Part shown: positions 31,901 to 47,500 of the stretch, piece after piece
How the letters are laid out: each line of letters opens with the position of its first letter
Position numbering within the stretch: the first letter of the stretch is position 1
Source: the human T2T-CHM13v2.0 reference genome, Homo sapiens
DNA length: 64,000 nucleotides
Assembly: GCF_009914755.1 (NCBI RefSeq)
Contig: NC_060927.1
Reading direction: 5' to 3' (one strand)
The notes under the pieces: model-generated
Told to the model about the DNA's origin: nothing
Seen by the model: only the letters and a program-made list of their open reading frames with translations
The model's database searches: none
Translations under genes and position numbers: made by a program

Positions 31901-34230
31901 TATATATTATGTACTGTACATAAAATATCAAACTACCCAAGGTATATATTCTATACTGTACAAAAAATATCAAAGTACCCAAAGCATGTATTATATAATG
32001 TACATAAAATATGAAAGTACATCAAATATATATTTTATTCTGTACATAAAATATCAAAGAACACCAGATATATATTCTATAGTGTACATAAAATATCAAA
32101 GTACCCAAACTATACATTATATACTGTACATAAAATATGAAATTACATCAAATATATATTATATTAGGTACATAAAATATGAAAGTACATCAAATATAGA
32201 TTATATACTGTAAATATAATATCAATGTACCCCAAATATATATTTTATACTCTACATGAAATATCAAAGTTCACAAACCATATATTATATACTGTACATA
32301 AAATATCAAAGTACCCAAGGTATATATTCTATACTGTACAAAAAATATCAAAGTACCCAAAGCATGTATTATATACTATACCTAAAATATGAAAGTACAT
32401 CAAATATATATTTTATTCTGTACATAAAATTTCAAAGTACACCAGATATATATTCTACAGTGTACATAAAATATCAAACTACCCAAACTATACATTATAT
32501 ACTGTACATAAAATATGAAATTACATCAAATATATATTATATTAGGTACATAAAATACGAAAGTACATCAAATATAGATTATATACTGTACATAAAATAT
32601 CAAAGTACCCCAATATATATTATATACTGTACATGAAATATCAAAGTTCACAAACTATATATTATGTACTGTACATAAAATATCAAAGTACCCAAGGTAT
32701 ATATTCTATACTGAACAAAAAATATCAAAGTACCCAAAGCATGTATTATATAATGTACATAAAATATGAAAGTACATCAAATATATATTTTATTCTGTAC
32801 ATAAAATATCAAAGTACACCAGATATATATTCTATAGCGTACATAAAATATCAAAGTACACAAACTATACATTATATACTGTACATAAAATATGAAATTA
32901 CATCAAATATATATTATATTAGGTAAATGAAATATGAAAGTACATCAAATATAGATTATATACTGTACATAAAATATGAAAGTACCCCAAATATATATTA
33001 TATACTCTACATGAAATATCAAAGTTCACAAACTATATATTATATACTGTACATAAAATATCAAAGTACCCAAGATATATATTCTATACTGTACAAAAAA
33101 TATCAAAGTATCCAAAGCATGTATTATATACTGTATATAAAATATGAAAGTACATCAAATATATATTTTATTCTGTACATAAAATATCAAAGTACACCAG
33201 ATATATATTCTATAGCGTACATAAAATATCAAAGTACACAAACTATACATTATATACTGTACATAAAATATGAAATTACATCAAATATATATTATATTAG
33301 GTACATAAAATATGAAAGTACATCAAATATAGATTATATACTGTAAATATAATATCAATGTACCCCAAATATATATTTTATACTCTACATGAAATATCAA
33401 AGTTCACAAACCATATATTATATACTGTACATAAAATATCAAAGTACCCAAGGTATATATTCTATACTGTACAAAAAATATCAAAGTACCCAAAGCATGT
33501 ATTATATACTGTACATAAAATATGAAAGTACATCAAATATATATTTTATTCTGTACATAAAATATCAAAGTACACCAGATATATATTCTATAGTGTACAT
33601 AAAATATCAAAGTACCCAAACTATACATTATATACTGTACATAAAATATGAAATTACATGAAATATATATTATATTAGGTAAATGAAATATGAAAGTACA
33701 TCAAATATAGATTATATACTGTACATAAAATATCAAAGTACCCCAAATATATATTATATACTCTACATGAAATATCAAAGTTCGCAAACTATATATTATA
33801 TACTGTACATAAAATATCAAAGTACCCAAGGTATATATTCTATACTGTACAAAAAATATCAAAGTATCCAAAGCATGTATTATATACTGTATATAAAATA
33901 TGAAAGTACATCAAATATATATTTTATTCTGTACATAAAATATCAAAGTACACCAGATATATATTCTATAGTGTACATAAAATATCAAAGTACCCAAACT
34001 ATACATTATATACTGTACATAAAATATGAAATTACAGCAAATATATATTATATTAGGTACATAAAATATGAAAGTACATCAAATATAGACTATATACTCT
34101 ACATTAAATACCAAAGTACCCCAAATATATATTTTATACTGTACATGAAATATCAAAGTTCACAAACTATATATTATATACTGTACATAAAATATCAATG
34201 TACCCAAGGTATATATTCTATACTGCACAA
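22905..34230 (+). repeat. Tandem duplication, period 5662 bp (15 HOR units)
   Basis: ORF starts repeat at +5662 (23576/29238, 24248/29910, 25083/30745, 26971/32633, 28021/33683). Shared variants: agtatatc 25011/30673, agactata 25781/31443, and aaataacaaagtacaccag near 24125/29787. Confidence 0.87.
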
Positions 34231-37200
34231 AAAATATCAAAGTACCCAAAGCATGTATTATATACTGTATATAAAATATGAAAGTACATCAAATATATAT
34301 TTTATTCTGTACATAAAATATCAAAGTACACCAGATATATATTCTATAGTGTACATAAAATATCAAAGTACCCAAACTATACATTATATACTGTACATAA
34401 AATATGAAATTACATCAAATATATATTATATTAGGTACATAAAATACGAAAGTACATCAAATATAGATTATATACTGTACATAAAATATGAAAGTACCCC
34501 AATATATATTATATACTCTACATGAAATATCAAAGTTCACAAACTATATATTATGTACTGTACATAAAATATCAAACTACCCAAGGTATATATTCTATAC
34601 TGTACAAAAAATATCAAAGTACCCAAAGCATGTATTATATAATGTACATAAAATATGAAAGTACATCAAATATATATTTTATTCTGTACATAAAATATCA
34701 AAGAACACCAGATATATATTCTATAGTGTACATAAAATATCAAAGTACCCAAACTATACATTATATACTGTACATAAATATGAAATTACATCAAATATAT
34801 ATTATGTTAGGTACATAAAATATGAAAGTACATGAAGTATAGATTATATACTGTAGATAAAATATCAAAGTACCCAAATTTATATTATATACTATACATG
34901 AAATATCAAAGTTCACAAACTATATATTATATACTGTACATAAAATATCAAATTACCCAAGGTATATATTCTATAGTGTACAAAAAATATCAAAGTACCC
35001 AAAGCATGTATTATATACCGTACATAAAATATAAAATTACATCAAATATATATTTTATTCTGTACATAAAATATCAAAGTACACCAGATATATATACTAT
35101 AGTGTACATAAAATATCAAAGTACCCAAACTATACATTATACACTATACATAAAATATGAAATTACATCAAATATATATTAGGTACATAAAATATGAAAG
35201 TACATCAAATATAGATTATATACTGTAAATATAATATCAATGTACCCCAAATATATATTTTATACTCTACATGAAATATCAAAGTTCACAAACCATATAT
35301 TATATACTGTACATAAAATATCAAAGTACCCAAGGTATATATTCTATACTGAACAAAAAATATCAAAGTACCCAAAGCATGTATTATATACTGTACATAA
35401 AATATGAAAGTACATCAAATATATATTTTATTCTGTACATAAAATATCAAAGTACACCAGATATATATTCTATAGTGTACATAAAATATCAAAGTACCCA
35501 AACTATACATTATATACTGTATATAAAATATGAAATTACACCAAATATATATTATATTAGGTACATAAAATATGAAAGTACATCAAATATAGATTATATA
35601 CTGTACATTAAATACCAAAGTACCCCAAATATATATTTTATACTGTACATGAAATATCAAAGTTCACAAACTATATATTATATACTGTACATAAAATATC
35701 AATGTACCCAAGGTATATATTCTATACTGCACAAAAAATATCAAAGTACCCAAAGCATGTATTATATACTGTATATAAAATATGAAAGTACATCAAATAT
35801 ATATTTTATTCTGTACATAAAATATCAAAGTACACCAGATATATATTCTATAGTGTACATAAAATAACAAAGTACACAAACTATAAATTATATCCTGTAC
35901 ATAAAATATGAAATTACATCAAATATATATTAGGTACATAAAATATGAAAGTACATCAAATATAGATTATATACTGTACATTAAGTACCAAAGTACACCA
36001 AATATATATTTTATACTCTACATGAAATATCAAAGTTCACAAACCATATATTATATACTGTGCATAAAATATCAAAGTACCCAAGGTATATATTCTATAC
36101 TGTACAAAAAATATCAAAGTACCCAAAGCATGTATTATATACTATACATAAAATATGAAATTACATCAAATATATATTTTATTCTGTACATAAAATATCA
36201 AAGTACACCAGATATATATTCTATAGTGTACATAAAATATCAAAATACCCAAACTATACATTATATACTGTACATAAAATATGAGATTACATCAAATATA
36301 TATTATATTAGGTACATAAAATATGAAAGTACATCAAATATAGATTATATACTGTACATAAAATATCAAAGTACCCCGAATATATATTATATACTCTACA
36401 TGAAATATCAAAGTTCACAAACTATATATTATATACTGTACATAAAATATCAAAGTACCCAAGGTATATATTCTATACTGTACAAAAAATATCAAAGTAC
36501 CCAAAGCATGTATTATATACTGTATATAAAATAAGAAAGTACATTAAATATATATTTTATTCTGTACATAAAATATCAAAGTACACCAGATATATATTCT
36601 ATAGTGTACATAAAATAACAAAGTACACAAACTATAAATTATATACTGTACATAAAATATGAAATTACATCAAATATATATTAGGTACATAAAATATGAA
36701 AGTACATCAAATATAGATTATATACTGAACATATAATATCAATGTACCCCAAATATATATTTGATACTCTACATGAAATATCAAAGTTCAGAAACCATAC
36801 ATTATATACTGTACATAAAATATCAAAGTACCCAAAGTATATATTCTATACTGTACAAAAAATATCAAAGTACCCAAAGCATGTATTATATACTGGACAT
36901 AATATATGAAAGTACATCAAATATATATTTTATTCTGTGCATAAAATATCAAAGTATAGGAAATATATATTCTATAGTGTACATAAAATATCAAAGTACC
37001 CAAACTATACATTATATACTGTACATAAAATATGAAATTACATCAAATATATATTAGGTACATAAAATATGAAAGTACATCAAATATAGATTATATACTG
37101 TACATAAAATATCAAAGTACCCCAAATATATATTATATACTCTACATGAAATATCAAAGTTCACAAACTATATATTATATACTGTACATAAAATATCAAA

Positions 37201-40200
37201 GTACCCAAGGTATATATTCTATACTGTACAAAAAATATCAAGGTACCCAAAGCATGTATTATATAATGTACATAAAATATGAAAGTACATCAAATATATA
37301 TTTTATTCTGTACATAAAATATCAAAGTACACCAGATATATATTCTATAGTGTACATAAAATAACAAAGTACCCAAACTATACATTATATACTGTACATA
37401 AAATATGAAATTACATCAAATATATTTTAGGTACATAAAATATGAAAGAACATCAAACATAGATTATATACTGTACAAAAAATATCAAAGTACCCCAAAT
37501 ATATATTATATACTCTACATGAAATATCAAATTTCACAAACTATATATTATATACTGTACATAAAATATCAAAGTACCCAAGGTATATATTCTATACTGT
37601 ACAAAAAATATCAAAGTACCCAAAGCATGTATTATATACTGTATATAAAATATGAAAGTACATCAAATATATAATTTATTCTGTACATAAAATATCAAAG
37701 TAAACCAGATATATATTCTATAGTGTACATAAAATAACAAAGTACACAAACTATAAATTATATACTGTACATAAAATATGAAATTACATCAAATATATAT
37801 TAGGTACATAAAATATGAAAGTACATCAAATATAGATTATATACTGTACATATAATATCAATGTACCCGAAATATATATTTTATACTCTACATGAAATAT
37901 CAAAGTTCACAAACCATATATTATATACTGTGCATAAAATATCAAAGTACCCAAGGTATATATTCTATACTGTAAAAAAACATCAAAGTACCCAAAGCAT
38001 GTATTATATACTGTATATAAAATATGAAAGTACATCAAATATATATTTTATTCTGTACATAAAATATCAAAGTACACCAGATATATATTCTATAGTGTAC
38101 ATAAAATATCAAAGTACCCAAACTATACATTATATACTGTACATAAAATATGAAATTACATCAAATATATATTATATTAGGTACATGAAATTTGAAAGTA
38201 CATCAAATATAGATTATATACTGTACATAAAATATCAAAGTACCCCAAATATATATTATATACTCTACATGAAATATCAAAGTTCACAAACTATATATTA
38301 TATACTGTACATAAAATATCAAAGTACCCAAGGTATATATTGTATACTGTACAAAAAATATCAAAGTATCCAAAGCATGTTTTATATACTGTATATAAAA
38401 TATGAAAGTACATTAAAGATATATTGTATTCTGTACATAAAATATCAAAATACACCAGATATATATTCTATAGTGTACATAAAATAACAAAGTACACAAA
38501 TTATAAATTATATACTGTACATAAAATATGAAATTACATCAAATATATATTAGGTACATAAAATATGAAAGTACATCAAATATAGATTATATACTGTACA
38601 TATAATATCAATGTACCCCAAATATATATTTTATACTCTACATGAAATATCAAAGTTCACAAACCATACATTATATACTGTACATAAAATATCAAAGTAC
38701 CCAAGTTATATATTCTATACTGTACAAAAGATATCAAAGTACCCAAAGCATGTATTATATACTGTACATAAAATATGAAAGTACATCAAATATATATTTT
38801 ATTCTGTACATAAAATATCAAAGTACACCAGATATATATTCTATAGTGTACATAAAATATCAAAGTACCCAAACTATACATTATATACTGTACATAAAAT
38901 ATGAAATTACATCAAATATATATTATATTAGGTACATAAAATACGAAAGTACATCAAATATAGATTATATACTGTACATAAAATATGAAAGTACCCCAAT
39001 ATATATTATATACTCTACATGAAATATCAAAGTTCACAAACTATATATTATGTACTGTACATAAAATATCAAACTACCCAAGGTATATATTCTATACTGT
39101 ACAAAAAATATCAAAGTACCCAAAGCATGTATTATATAATGTACATAAAATATGAAAGTACATCAAATATATATTTTATTCTGTACATAAAATATCAAAG
39201 AACACCAGATATATATTCTATAGTGTACATAAAATATCAAAGTACCCAAACTATACATTATATACTGTACATAAAATATGAAATTACATCAAATATATAT
39301 TATATTAGGTACATAAAATATGAAAGTACATCAAATATAGATTATATACTGTAAATATAATATCAATGTACCCCAAATATATATTTTATACTCTACATGA
39401 AATATCAAAGTTCACAAACCATATATTATATACTGTACATAAAATATCAAAGTACCCAAGGTATATATTCTATACTGTACAAAAAATATCAAAGTACCCA
39501 AAGCATGTATTATATACTATACCTAAAATATGAAAGTACATCAAATATATATTTTATTCTGTACATAAAATATCAAAGTACACCAGATATATATTCTACA
39601 GTGTACATAAAATATCAAAGTACCCAAACTATACATTATATACTGTACATAAAATATGAAATTACATCAAATATATATTATATTAGGTACATAAAATACG
39701 AAAGTACATCAAATATAGATTATATACTGTACATAAAATATCAAAGTACCCCAATATATATTATATACTGTACATGAAATATCAAAGTTCACAAACTATA
39801 TATTATGTACTGTACATAAAATATCAAAGTACCCAAGGTATATATTCTATACTGTACAAAAAATATCAAAGTACCCAAAGCATGTATTATATAATGTACA
39901 TAAAATATGAAAGTACATCAAATATATATTTTATTCTGTACATAAAATATCAAAGTACACCAGATATATATTCTATAGCGTACATAAAATATCAAAGTAC
40001 ACAAACTATACATTATATACTGTACATAAAATATGAAATTACATCAAATATATATTATATTAGGTACATAAAATACGAAAGTATATCAAATATAGATTAT
40101 ATACTGTACATAAAATATCAAAGTACCCCAATATATATTATATACTGTACATGAAATATCAAAGTTCACAAACTATATATTATGTACTGTACATAAAATA

Positions 40201-43200
40201 TCAAAGTACCCAAGGTATATATTCTATACTGTACAAAAAATATCAAAGTACCCAAAGCATGTATTATATAATGTACATAAAATATGAAAGTACATCAAAT
40301 ATATATTTTATTCTGTACATAAAATATCAAAGAACACCAGATATATATTCTATAGTGTACATAAAATATCAAAGTACCCAAACTATACATTATATACTGT
40401 ACATAAAATATGAAATTACATCATATATATATTAGGTACATAAAATATGAAAGTACATCAAATATATATTTTATTCTGTACATAAAATATCAAAGTACAC
40501 CAGATATATATTCTATAGTGTACATAAAATAACAAAGTACACAAACTATAAATTATATACTGTACATAAAATATGAAATTACATCAAATATATATTAGGT
40601 ACATAAAATATGAAAGTACATCAAATATAGATTATATACTGTACATATAATATCAATGTACCCGAAATATATATTTTATACTCTACATGAAATATCAAAG
40701 TTCACAAACCATATATTGTATACTGCACATAAAATATCAAAATACCCAAGGTATATATTCTATACTGTACAAAAAATATCAAAGTACCCAAAGCAGGTAT
40801 TATATACTGTACATAAAATATGAAAGTACATCAAATATATATTTTATTCTGTACATAAAATATCAAAGTACACCAGATATATATTCTATAGCGTACATAA
40901 AATATCAAAGTACACAAACTGTACATTATATACTGTACATAAAATATGAAATTACATCAAATATATATTATATTAGGTACATAAAATATGAAAGTACATC
41001 AAATATAGATTATATACTGTAAATATAATATCAATGTACCCCAAATATATATTTTATACTCTACATGAAATATCAAAGTTCACAAACCATATATTATATA
41101 CTGTACATAAAATATCAAAGTACCCAAGGTATATATTCTATACTGTACAAAAAATATCAAAGTACCCAAAGCATGTATTATATACTGTACATAAAATATG
41201 AAAGTACATCAAATATATATTTTATTCTGTACATAAAATATCAAAGTACACCAGATATATATTCTATAGTGTACATAAAATATCAAAGTACCCAAACTAT
41301 ACATTATATACTGTACATAAAATATGAAATTACATCAAATATATATTATATTAAGTAAATGAAATATGAAAGTACATCAAATATAGATTATATACTGTAC
41401 ATAAAATATGAAAGTACCCCAAATATATATTATATACTCTACATGAAATATCAAAGTTCACAAACTATATATTATATACTGTCCATAAAATATCAAAGTA
41501 CCCAAGGTATATATTTTATACTGTACAAAAAATATCAAAGTACCCAAAGCATGTATTATATACTATACCTAAAATATGAAAGTACATCAAATATATATTT
41601 TATTCTGTACATAAAATATCAAAGTACACCAGATATATATTCTACAGTGTATATAAAATATCAAAGTACCCAAACTATACATTATATACTGTACATAAAA
41701 TATGAAATTACATCAAATATATATTATATTAGGTACATAAAATATGAAAGTACATGAAGTATAGATTATATACTGTACATAAAATATCAAAGTACCCCAA
41801 ATTTATATTATATACTATACATGAAATATCAAAGTTCACAAACTATATATTATATACTGTACATAAAATATCAAAGTACCCAAGGTATATATTCTATAGT
41901 GTACAAAAAATATCAAAGTACCCAAAGCATGTATTATATACCGTACGTAAAATATAAAATTACATCAAATATATATTTTATTCTGTACATAAAATATCAA
42001 AGTACACCAGATATATATACTATAGTGTACATAAAATATCAAAGTACCCAAACTATACATTATACACTGCACATAAAATATGAAATTACATCAAATATAT
42101 ATTAGGTACATAAAATATGAAAGTACATCAAATATAGATTATATACTGTAAATATAATATCAATGTACCCCAAATATATATTTTATACTCTACATGAAAT
42201 ATCAAAGTTCACAAACCATATATTATATACTGTACATAAAATATCAAAGTACCCAAGGTATATATTCTATACTGTACAAAAAATATCAAAGTACCCAAAG
42301 CATGTATTATATACTGTACATAAAATATGAAAGTACATCAAATATATACTTTATTCTGTACATAAAATATCAAAGTACACCAGATATATATTCTATAGTG
42401 TACATAAAATATCAAAGTACCCAAACTATACATTATATACTGTACATAAAATATGAAATTACATCAAATATATATTATATTAGGTACATGAAATTTGAAA
42501 GTACATCAAATATAGATTATATACTGTACATAAAATATGAAAGTACCCCAAATATATATTATATACTCTACATGAAATATCAAAGTTCACAAACTATATA
42601 TTATATACTGTACATAAAATATCAAAGTACCCAAGGTATATATTCTATACTGTACAAAAAATATCAAAGTATCCAAAGCATGTATTATATACTGTATATA
42701 AAATATGAAAGTACATCAAATATATATTTTATTCTGTACATAAAATATCAAAGTACACCAGATATATATTCTATAGTGTACATAAAATATCAAAGTACCC
42801 AAACTATACATTATATACTGTAGATAAAATATGAAATTACAGCAAATATATATTATATTAGGTACATAAAATATGAAAGTACATCAAATATAGATTATAT
42901 ACTGTACATTAAATACCAAAGTACCCCAAATATATATTTTATACTGTACATGAAATATCAAAGTTCACAAACTATATATTATATACTGTACATAAAATAT
43001 CAATGTACCCAAGGTATATATTCTATACTGCACAAAAAATATCAAAGTACCCAAAGCATGTATTATATACTGTATATAAAATATGAAAGTACATCAAATA
43101 TATATTTTATTCTGTACATAAAATATCAAAGTACACCAGATATATATTCTATAGTGTACATAAAATATCAAAGTACCCAAACTATACATTATATACTGTA

Positions 43201-44589
43201 CATAAAATATGAAATTACATCAAATATATATTATATTAGGTACATAAAATACGAAAGTACATCAAATATAGATTATATACTGTACATAAAATATCAAAGT
43301 ACCCCAATATATATTATATACTGTACATGAAATATCAAAGTTCACAAACTATATATTATGTACTGTACATAAAATATCAAAGTACCCAAGGTATATATTC
43401 TATACTGTACAAAAAATATCAAAGTACCCAAAGCATGTATTATATAATGTACATAAAATATGAAAGTACATCAAATATATATTTTATTCTGTACATAAAA
43501 TATCAAAGTACACCAGATATATATTCTATAGCGTACATAAAATATCAAAGTACACAAACTATACATTATATACTGTACATAAAATATGAAATTACATCAA
43601 ATATATATTATATTAGGTACATAAAATATGAAAGTACATCAAATATAGATTATATACTGTAAATATAATATCAATGTACCCCAAATATATATTTTATACT
43701 CTACATGAAATATCAAAGTTCACAAACCATATATTATATACTGTACATAAAATATCAAAGTACCCAAGGTATATATTCTATACTGTACAAAAAATATCAA
43801 AGTATCCAAAGCATGTATTATATACTGTATATAAAATATGAAAGTACATCAAATATATATTTTATTCTGTACATAAAATATCAAAGTACACCAGATATAT
43901 ATTCTATAGCGTACATAAAATATCAAAGTACACAAACTATACATTATATACTGTACATAAAATATGAAATTACATCAAATATATATTATATTAGGTACAT
44001 AAAATATGAAAGTACATCAAATATAGATTATATACTGTAAATATAATATCAATGTACCCCAAATATATATTTTATACTCTACATGAAATATCAAAGTTCA
44101 CAAACCATATATTATATACTGTACATAAAATATCAAAGTACCCAAGGTATATATTCTATACTGTACAAAAAATATCAAAGTACCCAAAGCATGTATTATA
44201 TACTGTACATAAAATATGAAAGTACATCAAATATATATTTTATTCTGTACATAAAATATCAAAGTACACCAGATATATATTCTATAGTGTACATAAAATA
44301 TCAAAGTACCCAAACTATACATTATATACTGTACATAAAATATGAAATTACATCAAATATATATTATATTAGGTAAATGAAATATGAAAGTACATCAAAT
44401 ATAGATTATATACTGTACATAAAATATGAAAGTACCCCAAATATATATTATATACTCTACATGAAATATCAAAGTTCACAAACTATATATTATATACTGT
44501 ACATAAAATATCAAAGTACCCAAGGTATATATTCTATACTGTACAAAAAATATCAAAGTATCCAAAGCATGTATTATATACTGTATATA

Positions 44590-47500
44590 AAATATGAAAG
44601 TACATCAAATATATATTTTATTCTGTACATAAAATATCAAAGTACACCAGATATATATTCTATAGTGTACATAAAATATCAAAGTACCCAAACTATACAT
44701 TATATACTGTACATAAAATATGAAATTACAGCAAATATATATTATATTAGGTACATAAAATATGAAAGTACATCAAATATAGATTATATACTCTACATTA
44801 AATACCAAAGTACCCCAAATATATATTTTATACTGTACATGAAATATCAAAGTTCACAAACTATATATTATATACTGTACATAAAATATCAATGTACCCA
44901 AGGTATATATTCTATACTGCACAAAAAATATCAAAGTACCCAAAGCATGTATTATATACTGTATATAAAATATGAAAGTACATCAAATATATATTTTATT
45001 CTGTACATAAAATATCAAAGTACACCAGATATATATTCTATAGTGTACATAAAATATCAAAGTACCCAAACTATACATTATATACTGTACATAAAATATG
45101 AAATTACATTAAATATATATTATATTAGGTACATAAAATACGAAAGTACATCAAATATAGATTATATACTGTACATAAAATATGAAAGTACCCCAATATA
45201 TATTATATACTCTACATGAAATATCAAAGTTCACAAACTATATATTATGTACTGTAAATAAAATATCAAACTACCCAAGGTATATATTCTATACTGTACA
45301 AAAAATATCAAAGTACCCAAAGCATGTATTATATAATGTACATAAAATATGAAAGTACATCAAATATATATTTTATTCTGTACATAAAATATCAAAGAAC
45401 ACCAGATATATATTCTATAGTGTACATAAAATATCAAAGTACCCAAACTATACATTATATACTGTACATAAAATATGAAATTACATCATATATATATTAG
45501 GTACATAAAATATGAAAGTACATCAAATATATATTTTATTCTGTACATAAAATATCAAAGTACACCAGATATATATTCTATAGTGTACATAAAATAACAA
45601 AGTACACAAACTATAAAATATATACTGTACATAAAATATGAAATTACATCAAATATATATTAGGTACATAAAATATGAAAGTACATCAAATATAGATTAT
45701 ATACTGTACATATAATATCAATGTACCCGAAATATATATTTTATACTCTACATGAAATATCAAAGTTCACAAACCATATATTGTATACTGCACATAAAAT
45801 ATCAAAATACACAAGGTATATATTCTATACTGTACAAAAAATATCAAAGTACCCAAAGCAGGTATTATATACTGTATATAAAATATGAAAGTACATCAAA
45901 TATATATTTTATTCTGTACATAAAATATCAAAGTACACCAGATATATATTCTGTAGTGTACATAAAATATCAAGGTACCCAAACTATATATTATATACTG
46001 TACATAAAATATGAAATTACAGCAAATATATATTATATTAGGTACATAAAATATGAAAGTACATCAAATATAGATTATATACTGTACATTAAATACCAAA
46101 GTAACCCAAATATATATTTTATACTGTACATGAAATATCAAAGTTCACAAACTATATATTATATACTGTACATAAAATATCAATGTACCCAAGGTATATA
46201 TTCTATACTGCACAAAAAATATCAAAGTACCCAAAGCATGTATTATATACTGTATATAAAATATGAAAGTACATCAAATATATATTTTATTCTGTACATA
46301 AAATATCAAAGTACACCAGATATATATTCTATAGTGTACATAAAATATCAAAGTACCCAAACTATACATTATATACTGTACATAAATATGAAATTACATC
46401 AAATATATATTATGTTAGGTACATAAAATATGAAAGTACATGAAGTATAGATTATATACTGTAGATAAAATATCAAAGTACCCAAATTTATATTATATAC
46501 TATACATGAAATATCAAAGTTCACAAACTATATATTATATACTGTACATAAAATATCAAATTACCCAAGGTATATATTCTATAGTGTACAAAAAATATCA
46601 AAGTACCCAAAGCATGTATTATATACCGTACATAAAATATAAAATTACATCAAATATATATTTTATTCTGTACATAAAATATCAAAGTACACCAGATATA
46701 TATACTATAGTGTACATAAAATATCAAAGTACCCAAACTATACATTATACACTGTACATAAAATATGAAATTACATCAAATATATATTAGGTACATAAAA
46801 TATGAAAGTACATCAAATATAGATTATATACTGTAAATATAATATCAATGTACCCCAAATATATATTTTATACTCTACATGAAATATCAAAGTTCACAAA
46901 CCATATATTATATACTGTACATAAAATATCAAAGTACCCAAGGTATATATTCTATACTGAACAAAAAATATCAAAGTACCCAAAGCATGTATTATATACT
47001 GTACATAAAATATGAAAGTACATCAAATATATATTTTATTCTGTACATAAAATATCAAAGTACACCAGATATATATTCTATAGTGTACATAAAATATCAA
47101 AGTACCCAAACTATACATTATATACTGTACATAAAATATGAAATTACAGCAAATATATATTATATTAGGTACATAAAATATGAAAGTACATCAAATATAG
47201 ATTATATACTCTACATTAAATACCAAAGTACCCCAAATATATATTTTATACTGTACATGAAATATCAAAGTTCACAAACTATATATTATATACTGTACAT
47301 AAAATATCAATGTACCCAAGGTATATATTCTATACTGCACAAAAAATATCAAAGTACCCAAAGCATGTATTATATACTGTATATAAAATATGAAAGTACA
47401 TCAAATATATATTTTATTCTGTACATAAAATATCAAAGTACACCAGATATATATTCTATAGTGTACATAAAATATCAAAGTACCCAAACTATACATTATA

